From positions 10,439,950-10,503,949 of the forward strand of contig NC_134026.1 in assembly GCF_964204645.1 (NCBI RefSeq): a DNA stretch of 64,000 nt, in the 5' to 3' direction. This document shows positions 24,789 to 37,590 of the stretch, one piece after another (position 1 is the first letter of the stretch; each line of letters opens with the position of its first letter). Source of the DNA: Tubulanus polymorphus. Lineage: Eukaryota > Animalia > Nemertea. A model generated the notes under the pieces. That model was not told the DNA's origin, searched no databases, and worked only from the letters and a program-made list of their open reading frames with translations. The translations under genes and the position numbers were made by a program.

Positions 24789-27700
24789 TCATAAAATCTC
24801 GTGATGATCTGTATTTAACGAGTAGTACATGTAGAAATTCTCATCTGGCGCTCGTATAGAGATTTTAGCATATTTCGTAGGTGTATCATTTATAAACATT
24901 GCACTATTTTTCGATGTCCGTCGATGTCTTAGTCCGTTCGTGTCGCGGGAATTTTCAAAAGTATCATCATCACCTGTGGTTGAATTCAAACTTTTCGTGA
25001 AGTTTCCATTGGAGTTTCGTCTTCGATTTAACGCATGTTTGTGTCTCGATTCGTAAAGATACTTCTATAAGAAATTGGTTACATGAACAGTCGATTAAAA
25101 TTTTCGAGATCTTTAAAAAACAGGAGGTATCTTGAATCAAAATTAGCATATGAGGTATGTTTAAAGACCCACTAAAGTGATGAAAAAATACAGTGGAACC
25201 TTGTTACAGCAAACTTCACAGGACCAGATAATATATTCGTTATAACTGATAGTTCGTTATATCCGGGTACTTCTAAAGTACAAAACTACGAAATTGCGAA
25301 AATGCTTAAGTACGAAACGAAATACGTAATGAAATGCTAAACTACGAAACGAAATGGCCATCTTTTCGCGGGTCCTGCTAAAGTATGAAATGAAATACGA
25401 AACAAAATTGTAATTTTTTTTGCTTCAGTAGCGGACTCATGGAGCCGGTCTAGTGCAGCAGGATTCCGATTTGCGATATCAGGTTCAAATCCCTGCCGGG
25501 GGAGAATGATCTGTGCATGCTCATATACAACTTGAAGGGACCGATTAATAAATTACGGGTTAGAGATCCAATTATGCTTTAAAACATATCCTGCAGTGTT
25601 TATGCTAAAAAAAATACCTTGTCTCTCCACTCTGCTGAGCTTAAATGTTGAACTGACCAGCCGCCTATCTGCCCTGTACATTATTCTTTTTCAAACCATG
25701 ATCAGACATACAATAATAGACCTGGCAGCTGTAGAAATGAACGGATCAAAAATTTTATTGGAATTTAAAAAGTGACCTGGCCGCTGCGGAGAAACAAGGC
25801 ATTCATTTATTAGCCATAGGCTTCATTATTGGTTTCCTGGAAACCCTCACTTTGAACTTACGCTGATCAGGTCACTTTCTGGTTCCTTAAAGTGAATCAC
25901 ATTGTTTGATCCACGATGGAGGAAATGAAATAACGACCGCACTCTACAGATTCCGATGCATATTCATCATATCAAAGTTTGACAATCCCGTGGCGTTATG
26001 AGCTTCGACTATAGTGGTCGTGTTGGAAATATGACCATTTCTTCGTATCTTGTTTCGTACTTAGCACTACTCACAAAAAAAATCAACATTTTGTAATTTC
26101 GTTTCGCTTTTCGTTATTTCGTAGATTCGTAATTTCGCTTCATATTTCGTTTCATATTTCATAATTTCGTCGTTTTGCACTTTAGCAAGACCCGTTATAT
26201 CCAGTATGAAATTAATCAAATTTTCTTACTTGGGACAAAATTCTATATTTATTATATCCGATGAATCGTTGTATCCGAGTTCGTTGTAACGAGGTTCCAC
26301 TGTTACTATTGATTATCTGTTCCTGACATTGCAGAAAGATTTCTTCTTCCTATTTCCTATCTCTACAGTTCACTCTTATAATAAACTCAGACAGTGGGAA
26401 GAAGTTTTCGTCCTGAATGGTCAGGAAAACATCCTAAACTATGGGTCCTGAGACACTATTCCCACTTGTATACATTCTTCAATGTACACAGAAACAAAAT
26501 GATGCTGCAACTTTTAAGGCCTCAATGGGACGCTTTTACTCGAGACAAGTTTTTTGTGTTGACTAGACGTAGATAATGAGCCTGATCATATGTAATCACA
26601 ACCTACCTGTCTATATTTTGGTAACCGTCCAGAGGCTTCCAGTTTTGCTCGCGCTTCCCGTCGCTTTAAAATACGATGATACTGTTTTGCATTAACGTAC
26701 AATGGAGCATTATCATCATCCTGTAGAAGAGATGGAGAAAAATGGATCTATCACGATTTTTCTGATCTTAACATTCAATCTTTCTTGATGATTGTGTTTG
26801 GGATATACAGCAAATTTGGCCTTATAATTCTTAAGTGTTGGACTATTTATAGCTGAGAATCAGGGAATTTCAATATAATTCACTGATTTGAGTGTTTTAT
26901 CAAGTTGACCATCGATTCAACTGTGATTAGATTGAACATACCCAACAAATCCAAAATAATCGAGCTCATTTAGGACTAATGCAATTAATCTGGTAGGGTT
27001 GGATCCATTAGCTTCTACAGCTTGAGTTCTTCATACTTACAATGCGCACTACTGTTATGTTTTCTGACTGAATCGTTTTGCATGGATCATTTTCTGTAGT
27101 AGAAATGAACATACAAGAAAATTACTCAAAGCATGAAATAATTTTGACTACTGGTACGTTAATCGAACAGAATAAAGTGCCACAAATCTTGCGGGATCAA
27201 TAAATTTTCTCTGAAGTGAATTTTGCAATTTATGCTGAAATTTTAAACACTTCATCCGGTTCATACAACCTTTCCACACAGTCCACCGAGTGTATACGCG
27301 AAGGCTATGCAAAACTATCTAATAACACTCAGACTAAAATTGTTCAATTTGATTGTTATAAAGTTGCTGGGCTGTGTTAAACGTTGTATATTTGACCGCA
27401 CGGATGGCCCATCATTGCGGCGAATCATGGTGTCATCTCTTGCCACCAAAGATAGATGACAGCACATAATTATACCAACTACAATTCGAACAATTCAATT
27501 CAATATGGATTCCAAGTAACAAAATCATGCCGTGATTTTTTAAGGCATAGTGACTTAATAAATGCCACTGTCATATAAATGCCAATGACTGTGTTAGAAG
27601 GTATTCATACTCACCAACAAATTGAAAAGACCATTTTTTTAAATAATTCATTGCTATTAAGTCACTGTGTTGTTAAACACAGTATACATATAATTGTCTG

Positions 27701-28780
27701 GACTGAATGGTCTGCCATTGTGGTGAATGGTGGCATGTTCTTGCCACCATGAATAGATCGCAACACTTGATTTAATTCTACAATAAACATGCCTATGAAC
27801 TAAGATTTGGAAAATTAAATTCAAATATAGCTGCTAAGCAGCGATGACGGGTTTTCTGCAAAGCCATTCAGAAAGATGGGAATTGTAGTAAATTGAAATA
27901 TCGATACATAGAATAAAATGCATTGACAGATTCGAACCTAATATGCTACCACTGTGTAAATGTCAAATATGATCAGCTTTGAAACCGAACATACGCGGAC
28001 GTACAATCAACAAATATTAATTTATTTGACCAGGCATTTATTTTGGCATTCAAACATCATGATACTGTATTATCACCATGCTTAAAAATGAATCTGTCCT
28101 ATTAAGAACTCATCTTAAGCACCTGCTGAGTCGATAGATTGAATGAATTTACAGATAAGAACGTATTATGATTTAGAATAGATTTAAGAAGTTAATGTTT
28201 TTATTGAAATATTTGAATAAATACATATATTGTAGTGTAGATTCAATCAATAAATTATGAATTGATCTGGTCTGGGTTTCCGGCTGATGTTGATTTTGGC
28301 TTTTATGGATTACAAATTCTATAGTGATAAACAATTGATACCTGCAACATGTGTGTAAATCAAACCCATTCCACTAGTTGCTTGTGTTTCCTAATAAAGG
28401 GGAAAGTCACTCTTAATCTGAGTTATTAGAAAAATAATGTTCATTTAGTTATAGAAATTCATTGCCTTTTTGGAAATTCTGTAATAATATTTGTTCTGTC
28501 TTAATCTTAATAAAATAAATTTGAATTTGAATTAAATTTGAACATGAGAATCAAGCATAACTTGTGTTTTTTCAACTTGTCTTTTGTTCCAGAGTTTCAA
28601 TGACAATCAAATCCAAATTGGCTAAAGTACATAGGACTAAATGAAATGAACCGTTAGTTACTGCAAACCTATTCCAGTGTTATGTCGATCGTGTTGAATC
28701 ACTTTCCTTGAGTTGAAAGAATCAGATCTTCTATGGTGCAACATCGGTCGAAGAGAGATATCTTGGTGTTGACTGTCCAT
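24789..28780 (-). CDS. Short divergent NF-YA (CBF-B/HAP2)-domain protein, about 184 aa; coding exons 28780-28669, 27093-27041, 26720-26607, 25064-24789
   Basis: Spliced translation gives PLYVNAKQYHRILKRREARAKLEASGRLPKYRQ|KYLYESRHKHALNRRRNSNGNF, matching NF-YA helices A1/A2. All introns are GT-AG with consistent phases. Probable 5' exons at 29113-29056 and from ~30780 to 30404. The start codon is less certain than the domain. Confidence 0.88.
25191..26302. mobile_element. Tc1/mariner-type MITE in NF-YA-like intron, interrupted by a second element
   Basis: cagtggaaccttgttaca / tgtaacgaggttccactg TIRs. Confidence 0.75.
25265..26193. mobile_element. Non-autonomous MULE/foldback-like element with 9-bp TSD
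   Basis: TSD gttatatcc at 25256-25264 and 26194-26202. TIR gggt.cttctaaagtacaaaac / gttttgcactttagcaagaccc with subterminal tacgaaa repeats. Confidence 0.8.
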
Positions 28781-29390
28781 CTAACTTCATGCGTTTGACA
28801 TTGGAATCAGCATCATACCCATTTGAACTGCAAAATATTCATACAACATGAAAACCTACAGTACATGTATACAGTAATCAAACTTTCACCGATGTTGGAT
28901 ATTTGAATGAATGTTGGGCTTATTTCAGTATTCTTGTCAGGAATTGTATGTATCTATCCTATACTTGAACTCTGTTAATGATCTATCTATATTGTAATCA
29001 ACCATCTGTATATCCGTCTCAGTAAATAAATCAGTACACTCGATAGTCATCTTACTAAACGCAAGTGTTCCTCTTTTGCTCTCTTCGCTCAACGTTCCTG
29101 GTTCCATACAATTCTAAAGCAGGAAATAATAAGCCCAATCAATAGGCCCTATTCCCATTGGAACAATTGTATAATGCGTACGCTGTACTGTACATTTATC
29201 AGTCAAGAATGGAGAAATCGGTATACCAAACCTACGAACAGCAAAATGTACAGGCCTACAATGATATCTGGTATACAAGCCGTGACCACATTGACTATTA
29301 ATGTCAGCAGGTCAGAGAAGGCCTGGCCAAATTTAATCACATGGCTCAAATCAATTAGCCTTTCTGCGTGTGAATACTTCACTGTATTGT

Positions 29391-29554
29391 GGGATCATTC
29401 ATTTATTACGTACGCATTAGGGGAGGGAGGAGGGGTCAGGGCAATTACGTACTGTAATGCTTAATGTACATGAAAAAATGGCAGATTTTGCGTACAGAGG
29501 GAGAGGGGGTTGAAATAATCAAATTTTATGCGTACGTAATAAATGAATGATCCC
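29391..29554. mobile_element. MITE with 27-bp TIRs
   Basis: gggatcattcatttattacgtacgcat / atgcgtacgtaataaatgaatgatccc. Confidence 0.85.
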
Positions 29555-29744
29555 TGTTTTAAAAATAGGCCTATCGAGTGAATTAGTACATAGTCTGAAT
29601 TAGACTTTAGGCTAGTCCTGGCCAAATCCTATCCATGTTATAATTGCACCAGTTATAGTAACATCACTGTAGGGCCGACGAGAGGGTAAAAGTTGTGTTT
29701 GTAGTACATAGGCATGGTAGGCTTGTCGTACTCACTTAATACCC

Positions 29745-30213
29745 GGTACTTAAAACGCTGTTGTTACCTGTACGTGACTGTACGGTGATTTCTACAGGTT
29801 AGCCATATGTGAGTACGTTGACACTCAGACTTGCAATATTGGGATTCGAAACCAAACGAAAAAAAAAATCCAGTTGTAGTCCAGTGATTTACCCACTGTG
29901 CCACAGAACGTAACTGCAGGGTGGATGAAATTTGATTTACAAATAGCCTAGCCTCACCTAACCCAAACTCTATTCTTTCACGCATGCACGTTTGCAGATT
30001 ATAGGAACTCACTAACGGCCTTTTTAGGGAACTCACGTACGGTTAACCTGTGGATATCACCGTACAGTCACTGGCACGTACGGGAAACAACTTCGTACTT
30101 AAAAATGGTATTGGCTACTAGGAACTCACGTACGGCGTTAGTAGGGAACTCACGTACGGTAAACCTGTGGAGATCACCATACAGTCACGTACGAGTAACA
30201 ACTACGTACTTAC
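29745..30213. mobile_element. Inverted-repeat element with tandemly duplicated right arm and an internal tRNA-like (A/B box) segment on the minus strand
   Basis: gtacgtgactgtacggtgat..acaggtt is inverted against two copies of aacctgtgga.atcacc.tacagtcac. The minus strand at 29905-29840 reads gtggcacagtgg...gtttcgaatccc. Confidence 0.55.
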
Positions 30214-30809
30214 TGGTATTGGCTACTATATAATAGGCCTATAGACAAATAAATACCGGTACTGCGGTAGGCTTTCTTAGCTTCCACACTTCACAACCGA
30301 ACCAACTGACCAACCAGTATATTTATTCCCAGTACGCACCAACCGGCACAGGCCTAACACTGTTTGTCAACTGTGTGTACCGTAGTAGGCTATCGATAAT
30401 CACCTGATACTTTTCTGTCGTTTGTTTTCTCTCTGAGACGAACGTAATTCTAGCAGCCCCCGCGACTCAACGACCTCGATTTAAACTTGATCAATAAAAA
30501 ATCTGTTTATTGACGCTTTTGGTTACATGAACTGATCAGCAATATACTTAAATGAAATAACCGGAATAACAAGAAATCAAAAATATTAAAGAGGTAACAA
30601 ACAAATGCCCGTAAACCTGTCAGACACGCGAACGCCGGACTCGTAAACTCTTGGACTCTGACCCGCTGAGCAATAAATTTATAAAATTGACTTCGAAATT
30701 GATTGTGGAGAAGAGTGGGAATAATTCGATAGCTCTTCCTCATAAAGAAGAGAGAAATTTCGGAAAGAAAACACAACATGGCTACTAATTGAACGGAGCC
30801 AAATTTCCA

Positions 30810-31018
30810 ATGTTTACGGCTCGACAGTGCCTTTATAACGTGGATTTATCAAAATTCCCATGCAGTATCTGGAGATTGAAGTGAGCTGAAGGATATCATG
30901 CGGATTGTGTCGGCGACAGCGGTAAGGTAAGGAAGCCTTTACACTTTTAACAAAAACTGTGTGGAAAAGGGGAAAAAAAAAAAAATAGCTGCAAAGCAGC
31001 GATAACGGGTTTTCTGCA
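30810..31018 (+). mobile_element. Helentron/HINE-like fragment
   Basis: Similar to 37308-37470. Ends in atagctgc.aagcagcgat.acgggttttctgca, also present at 27826. Confidence 0.5.
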
Positions 31019-34000
31019 CAAACCAAAATAATGAATTGTCGCGGGCGATAAAACCAAAATAATGAATTGTCGCGGGTGATAAAACCAAAATAATGAATTG
31101 TCTCGGGCGACAAAACCAAAATAATGAATTGTCGCGGGCGATAAAACCAAGGCACAACATCAGCCATTACTAAACAGGCTATTAGGAAACAGTATCAATG
31201 ATAGGTTGCCCAAATGGCTCAGCAGTTATCTCTGAACGGAAACTTGTAACCGAAATCAACGGAACGCCTCATCTTGGAATGAGACGGTCTAGCTAGTGGA
31301 GTCACGCAAGGTAGTATCCTAAGTCATCTTCTGTTTAATGTCCTGACAAATGACATACACAGTAATCCACAATATACCAGACCGAGTAAATTTCCAAAAC
31401 GACCTTAACACACTGTTCGACCAAAAAAAACTTAATGTTCCGACAAAACCACGGGCGACAAAACCAAAATATTGAACTGTCACGGGCGACAAAACAAAAA
31501 TAATGAATTGTCGCAGGCGATAAAACCAAAATAATGAATTGTCGCGGGCGTTAAAACCAAAATATTGAATTGTCGCGGGCGATAAAACCACAATAATGAA
31601 TTGTCGCGGACGACAAAAACAAAATATTGAATTGTTGCGTGCGACAAAACCAAAATAATAAATTGTCGCGGGCGACAAAACCAAATTAGGGGTCCAGCGA
31701 CACCATGCTCACTTGGGAAGTGGTTTCAAATGCTCAAAAATCTAACAATTTCAATACATAACGCCCTCTAGTGACCATATACAAAAACCCATGACCTTGA
31801 AACCCACCACAATCATAGAACATGTGAGAAGCTATGATTTTGTAATCGATTGTGATAACAAAATATGCCTCGTTACCAATTTAATATGGAAATACTAAGT
31901 TATTCTACTATTCAACGCCCCCTGGTGACCATATGCAAAACCCAATGACCTTAAAACTCACCACAATCGTAGTACATGTCATGAAATACAACTTTCCAAT
32001 TGATCAGAGTAACAAAATATGCCTAGGTACCAATCTAATAAGGAAATACTAAGCCATTCTACTATTCAACGCCCCCTGGTGACTATATGGAATAACTAAT
32101 GTCCTTAAAAACTCACCACAATCATAGACGATGTCATGAGCTACAACTTTGCAATGGATCATGGTAACAAACTATGCCTAGGTACCAATCTAATAAGGAA
32201 AATCTAAGCTTTTCTACTATTCAACGCCCCCTGGTGACTATATGGAATAACTAATGTCCTTAAAAACTCACCACAATCATAGAGGATGGCATGAACTACA
32301 ACTTTGCAATTGATCATGGTATCAAAATATGCCTTGGTACAAATATAATATAGCAATACTAAGTGATTGTATTATTCAACAACCCCCTGATGGCCACATA
32401 CAAAAACAAATGACCTTGAAACTCACTTAAATCATAGAACACGTTATGGGCTACAACTTTCCAATCGAATATAGTAACACAATGTGCTTAGGTATCAATT
32501 TAATGTGGAAAAATTTTTTCCCACCTACGAATGAGTACTGATGACACCAAGATGGCCGCCAATTGCGTCATAATTGGCTGATCAAAAATACCTGTCCCAG
32601 GTATAAAATATCCCTCTCTAAAGAATAACCATCAGCAATTGCAATGAGAAATGGCAAACCAGTAGGAAGCTTCGTGACCTAGAATTCTGGCCAAAATTGA
32701 CATTTTTGGGCACTAAAAAGGTCATAGGACGGCCATCTTGAGTCAGATCGACCCAATTTTCTTATGCTGATGGGCCTTTGGTAGATTCAAATAAAAACGA
32801 AAGATCAAGGTAATTGATCAAAGCGTCTTCAAAATTCCAACGAAAACTTCGAAAATGTTTAAAAAGTGCTGATTTTGGCAAACAGCAATGGCTGCCAGTC
32901 GGCCATCTTGAATCTGACGGGGCCAGTTTTTGGGCTGACGATGTGTCTAGGGTAGATACATGTATAAACTAAATATCAAGACATTACCTTGAAGCGTCTT
33001 CAAAACTTCCCAAAATAACTGGATTCCGTCTATGGACGGACGGACGGACGAAAAGTTAACGCAATAGCCCGCTTGGACTAAAGTCCCAAGTGGACTGAAA
33101 AAGAATTGTCGCGGGCGACAAAACCAAACTAATGAATTGTCTCAGGTAATAAAACAAAAATATTGAATTGTCGCGGGCGATAAAACAAAAATATTGAATT
33201 GTCGCGGGCGATAAAACCAAACTAATGAATTGTCGCGGGCGACAAAAACAAAATATTGAATTGTCAGGTGCGACAAAACCAAAATAATGAATTCTCGCGG
33301 GCGACAAAACATAAATAATGAATTGTCTCGGGCGATAAAACCAAAATAATGAATGGTCTCGGGCGACAAAACCAAAATAATGAATTGTCGCGGGCGATAA
33401 AACCAAAATATTGAATGGTCTCGGGCGACAAAACCACAATAATGAATTGTCGCGGGCGATAAAAACAAAATATTGAATTGTCGCAGGCGATAAAACCAAA
33501 ATAATGAATTATCGCGGGCGATAAAACCAAAATATTGAATTGTCGCGGGCGATAACACCAAAATATTGAATTGTCGCGGGCGACAAAACCAAAAAAAAAA
33601 AATTGTCGCGGGCGACAAAAACAAAATATAAAACCAAAATAATGAATTGTCACGGGCGTCAAAACCAAAATAATGAATTGTCGCTGGAGATAAAACCAAA
33701 GTAATGAATTGTCGTGGGCGATAAAACCAAAATATTGAATTGTCGCGGGCGACAAAACCAAACTAATGAATTGTCGCGGGCGACAAAAAAAACCAAAAAA
33801 AGAATTGTCGGGGAGACAAAACCAAATAATGAATTGTCGCGGGCGACAAAACCAAAATGGTGAATTGTCCAGGCGACAAAACCAAAATGGTGAATTGTCG
33901 CGGGCGACAAAACCAAAATAATGAATTGTCGCGGGCGATAAAACCAAAATAATGAATTGTCGCGGGTGATAAAACCAAAATAATGAATTGTCTCGGGCGA

Positions 34001-34230
34001 CAAAACCAAAATAATGAATTGTCGTGGGCGATAAAACCAAAATAATTAATTATCGCGGGCGACAAAACCAAAATATTGAATTGTTGCGGGCGATAAAACC
34101 AAAATAATGAATTATCGCGGGCGACAAAACCAAAATAATGAATTGTCGCGGGCGATAAAACCAAAATATTGAATTGTCGCGTGTGACAAAACCAAAATAA
34201 TGAATTGTCGCGGGCGACAAAATCAAAATC
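31019..34230. repeat. 31-bp minisatellite (aaaaccaaaataatgaattgtcgcgggcgay) in three blocks: 31019-31150, 31441-31685, 33099-34230
   Basis: Direct reading. Each unit holds the palindrome ttgtcgc-gg-gcgacaa. Confidence 0.95.
31686..33098 (+). mobile_element. Helentron-associated non-autonomous element (HINE-like) carrying about 5 tandem ~155-bp satellite units
   Basis: Inserted into the minisatellite. Internal repeats start near 31760, 31914, 32067, 32222 and 32377. It ends with a (GGAC)n microsatellite and terminal hairpin cttggact-aa-agtcccaag. Confidence 0.75.
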
Positions 34231-35039
34231 ATTTTCTCGCGTTATTTTAGTTGTCGCCCTCATTTGCATATTCGTGTTTTTTTATCTTATCAGCCACCAT
34301 ACTAAAGCCTTAAGGTCGCGTAAAACTCGATAAACACTTCAAGCGACACAACGAACGATCTCCTTTCCCCCACAGCGAACGCTTACTCCGAATGTCAAGT
34401 GTGAGTCCAGCATACGGATAGGAGTGTGTTATATACTTGTATTTAGTAAATACCTTGTGGATTTGACAATGATCGGTATGTACTGTAGGAAATATAGAGT
34501 ATTGATGGTATTGATATAGAGGTTGAAGCCTGCGGCCAAATAAAGTAATATATTTTTTTATTTTGATACCTCGTCGACATAACAGCTTTTCTCCGCTATA
34601 TCTCTTCGGCGTGTTTAGTTTAGGCCTACGACTCCCCGGTACACTTATGATTTATCTTAGTAAATACACGGTTAATTTGGTAAAGAAAAATAGGTATTGC
34701 TAAACTAACTGCTTGACGCCCGCAGCCAAATCACTGGTAGTTATAAATTCTCATGATGAGGAGAAACTCGCAGCTGATCCCCGGAACGACGATGTAGTGA
34801 CACACGTCGTTTTGTCGATGTTTACGGCTCGACAGTGCTTTTAAAATCTCAAGTAGTAAATTTCCTGTTATGTGTATCGGTAATATGATTTGATGAGGAA
34901 ATTGGGCTATTGTTAAAATTAGTTTTTAAAAACCGCGACAGAATATGCAATCTTTGGGTAATAAATTTGTTAATTTATGCTTGAATTGATAATCGACGTG
35001 ACAAGAAACGTGCGGTAGATTTCGGAAAGACGACTTAGA

Positions 35040-35855
35040 AAAAGAGCCCCAAGGGGCACAATGGCCAGCCTGTCAGATTTGCTTTTTATAAATGATGTAA
35101 TCTGTGGGTTATATTTATCAATATACACTCCCTGCTCAATATCATTTACATAGTAAAATCGTGTGTTAACACAGACAGCAGGAACGAATGTAATATAGAA
35201 ATACTAAGTTATTGTATTGTTCAACGCCCCCTGGTGGCCATAAAAAAACCAATGAGCTTGAAACTCACCTCGATCATAGAACATGTCATGAGCTACAACT
35301 TTCCAATTGATTATAGTAGCAAAATATGCTTAAGTATCAATTATGATGTGGAAAAACTTTTTTTCCACCTACGAATGAGTACTGATGACCCCAAGATGGC
35401 TGCCAAGTGCGTCATAATTGCCTGGTCAAAAATACCCTCTCGGATATGAAAGATCCCTTTCCAAAGAATACCCATTACAAATTGCAATGAAACATGGCGC
35501 ACCATTAGAAAGCTACAGTACTCAGAATTCAGGCCAAAATTGACATTTTTGGGAACAAAAAAGGTCACCATACGGCCATCTTGAGTCCGATCGACTCAAT
35601 TTTTCTCATGCCGATGGGCCCTCGGGGGATACAAATATATACGAATGATCAAGGTTATTGATAAAAGTGTCTTCAAAATTTCCCTCGAAAACTTCAAAAA
35701 TGTGTAAAAAGTGCTGATTTTGGCGAACAACAATGGCTGCCAGTCGGCCATCTTGAATCTGACAGGGCCAGTTTTTGGCCTGAAGATGTGTCTAGGGTAG
35801 ATACACGTATAAAACAAATATCAAGACATTACCTTGAAGCGTCTTCAAAACTTTG
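35040..35855 (+). mobile_element. Related HINE-like copy with a single ~155-bp unit, 3' truncated
   Basis: 35195-35853 aligns with ~32350-33008. 5' end aagagccccaaggggcac. Confidence 0.75.
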
Positions 35856-37307
35856 GAACTCTCACGAACTATCTAGATGGTTATCTCTCGACCTCAATAG
35901 CTTCAAGACCCATCTCAAAACAACTTAGTTCCATGCAGCATACCATTAACTCTCGGAAAGCGAATTGTATTTAACATTTTTTGGCAGAATAAAATTTGAT
36001 TGAATTTGCAATTCGGGCACATGGCTAATTAGCATATCAAGGTCATACACCCGATTTGGTAAAACCTTTTTTTCGCGAACCTTGCGCAATTGTCAAGGAT
36101 GAATTTTCTGTAGAGCAAATAAAAATTCCTCCCAAACACCAAATCAACTAAAGATTTCATAGAAATCGATCTTGAAATACAATTTTAAATCTTAAAATAA
36201 AACCCGGAAGTAAAACAGTAGACGATACCGCGGATTCACGTGAACACCTGATTTCTGTAAACGAAATGTTGGTTGTGACAAAATTGTTCAGACGGTTTTA
36301 GGTGGTAATAAGTTCGGAAACGTAACGACCATGGTCGACTTATTTGATGAAATCAGGCCTATGTGATATCCAAATTTTGACTTTTTTATTCTCCAGACCT
36401 CCCTGATATAGAAATAAAAAATTTTGGTGGTACGAAAGTGCAATCACAGCGCCGACGGGGACAGAGCCGTGTCAGAGATCGGCGGAGTGAAAATTGAGGT
36501 GGACGAACACGAAGAAGTAGGCTATTGCGCTACTTGAATCACGAAAACTCCTGGCGCGGCCCCGACGCTTGATTAAGTAATACAAATATCATGCGATGGG
36601 TTTTCACAATCTACCGCTGGTATTTACCGGATTTCAATATCACTCCAAAATTCAAAGAAACCTCGAAATATCGAACCGGAACACTTCCGGTAGATATCCG
36701 CGGCTGCCCAACCGGGAAACTTATTTGTTTCAATAGATATTGATAGGATCCATCATCTTCACCCGTCAAGGGATTCGAACCCACTAAGCTAAAGCCATGC
36801 CAGAATCGGGTCGGGCCAATCACAGCGCTTGTAACAAACCACATTAGGCTTCTGTGGAATTTCCCAGTAAATGGGCCAATCAGCGAACACGTAGCGAACG
36901 CGGAAGTATTGTCGCGTGTTGATACATGACGTCATGCGCAAAAGCGCCAGTAATGAAATCGCGATAATTCACGTGAACAGCTGCTGATATTTTCAGATAA
37001 ACCAATCACAGGGAAGACACAACTTCCTGATTGGCTGATAAAAATTGAAATTTTCCCGATTTAACTTTCGTGAAAAATGCAGAAAACATTTTTATGAGAC
37101 CCTATTTCAAAATTCTGCTCGCTACGATTCCGAGAATGGATTACGCTTAAATACGTGATTTGTTCGAATATGCCCTCACTTGGCAAGCAAAAGAGCCTTT
37201 TGTGTGGAAACCATGTCATTTAAATTCGCTCCATTTGTATAGTAATAGGCTCAGCCTACGGCTGGCCTAAAAACATGTCGGCTCTTTGAATGGGGCTCAA
37301 TTTTCGA

Positions 37308-37590
37308 TGTTTACGGCCCGACAGTGCTTTTGTAACGTTGATTCTTCAAAATTCGCACGGAGTATTTGTAGATTGAAGTGAGCTGAATGATATCAGACGG
37401 ATTGTATCGGCAACAGCGGTAATGTAAAAAAGCCTATGTACTTTTGACAAAAAAAGTGTGGAAAAAATAATAATAATAATAATAATAAGAAACACGCGAA
37501 TCTCAATAGGGTTTTCTGTGATGTAACAGAAAACCCTAAAAATCACGCGAATTTCAATAGGGTTTTCGGTGAAGCAACAGAAAACCCTAA
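37308..37590 (+). mobile_element. Helentron/HINE-like 3' end with (AAT)n and a duplicated terminal hairpin
   Basis: tagggttttctgt..acagaaaacccta occurs twice (37507-37538, 37558-37589). Confidence 0.6.

Noticed and set aside
29840-29905. tRNA gene on the minus strand (also B-box-like motifs at ~25481 and ~36770)
   Set aside because: A/B boxes are present but there is no convincing cloverleaf. More likely SINE-head remnants.
30507-30779. 90-aa ORF as first coding exon of the NF-YA-like gene
   Set aside because: It ends in a stop before the donor at 30403 and has no recognisable motifs. Probably 5'UTR or promoter sequence.
31019-34230. CRISPR-like palindromic repeat array
   Set aside because: Units are head-to-tail with no unique spacers, there are no cas genes, and the context is eukaryotic.
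33056-34269. Long ORFs (MVLSPATIHYFGF...)
   Set aside because: Translations of the 31-bp minisatellite in all frames.
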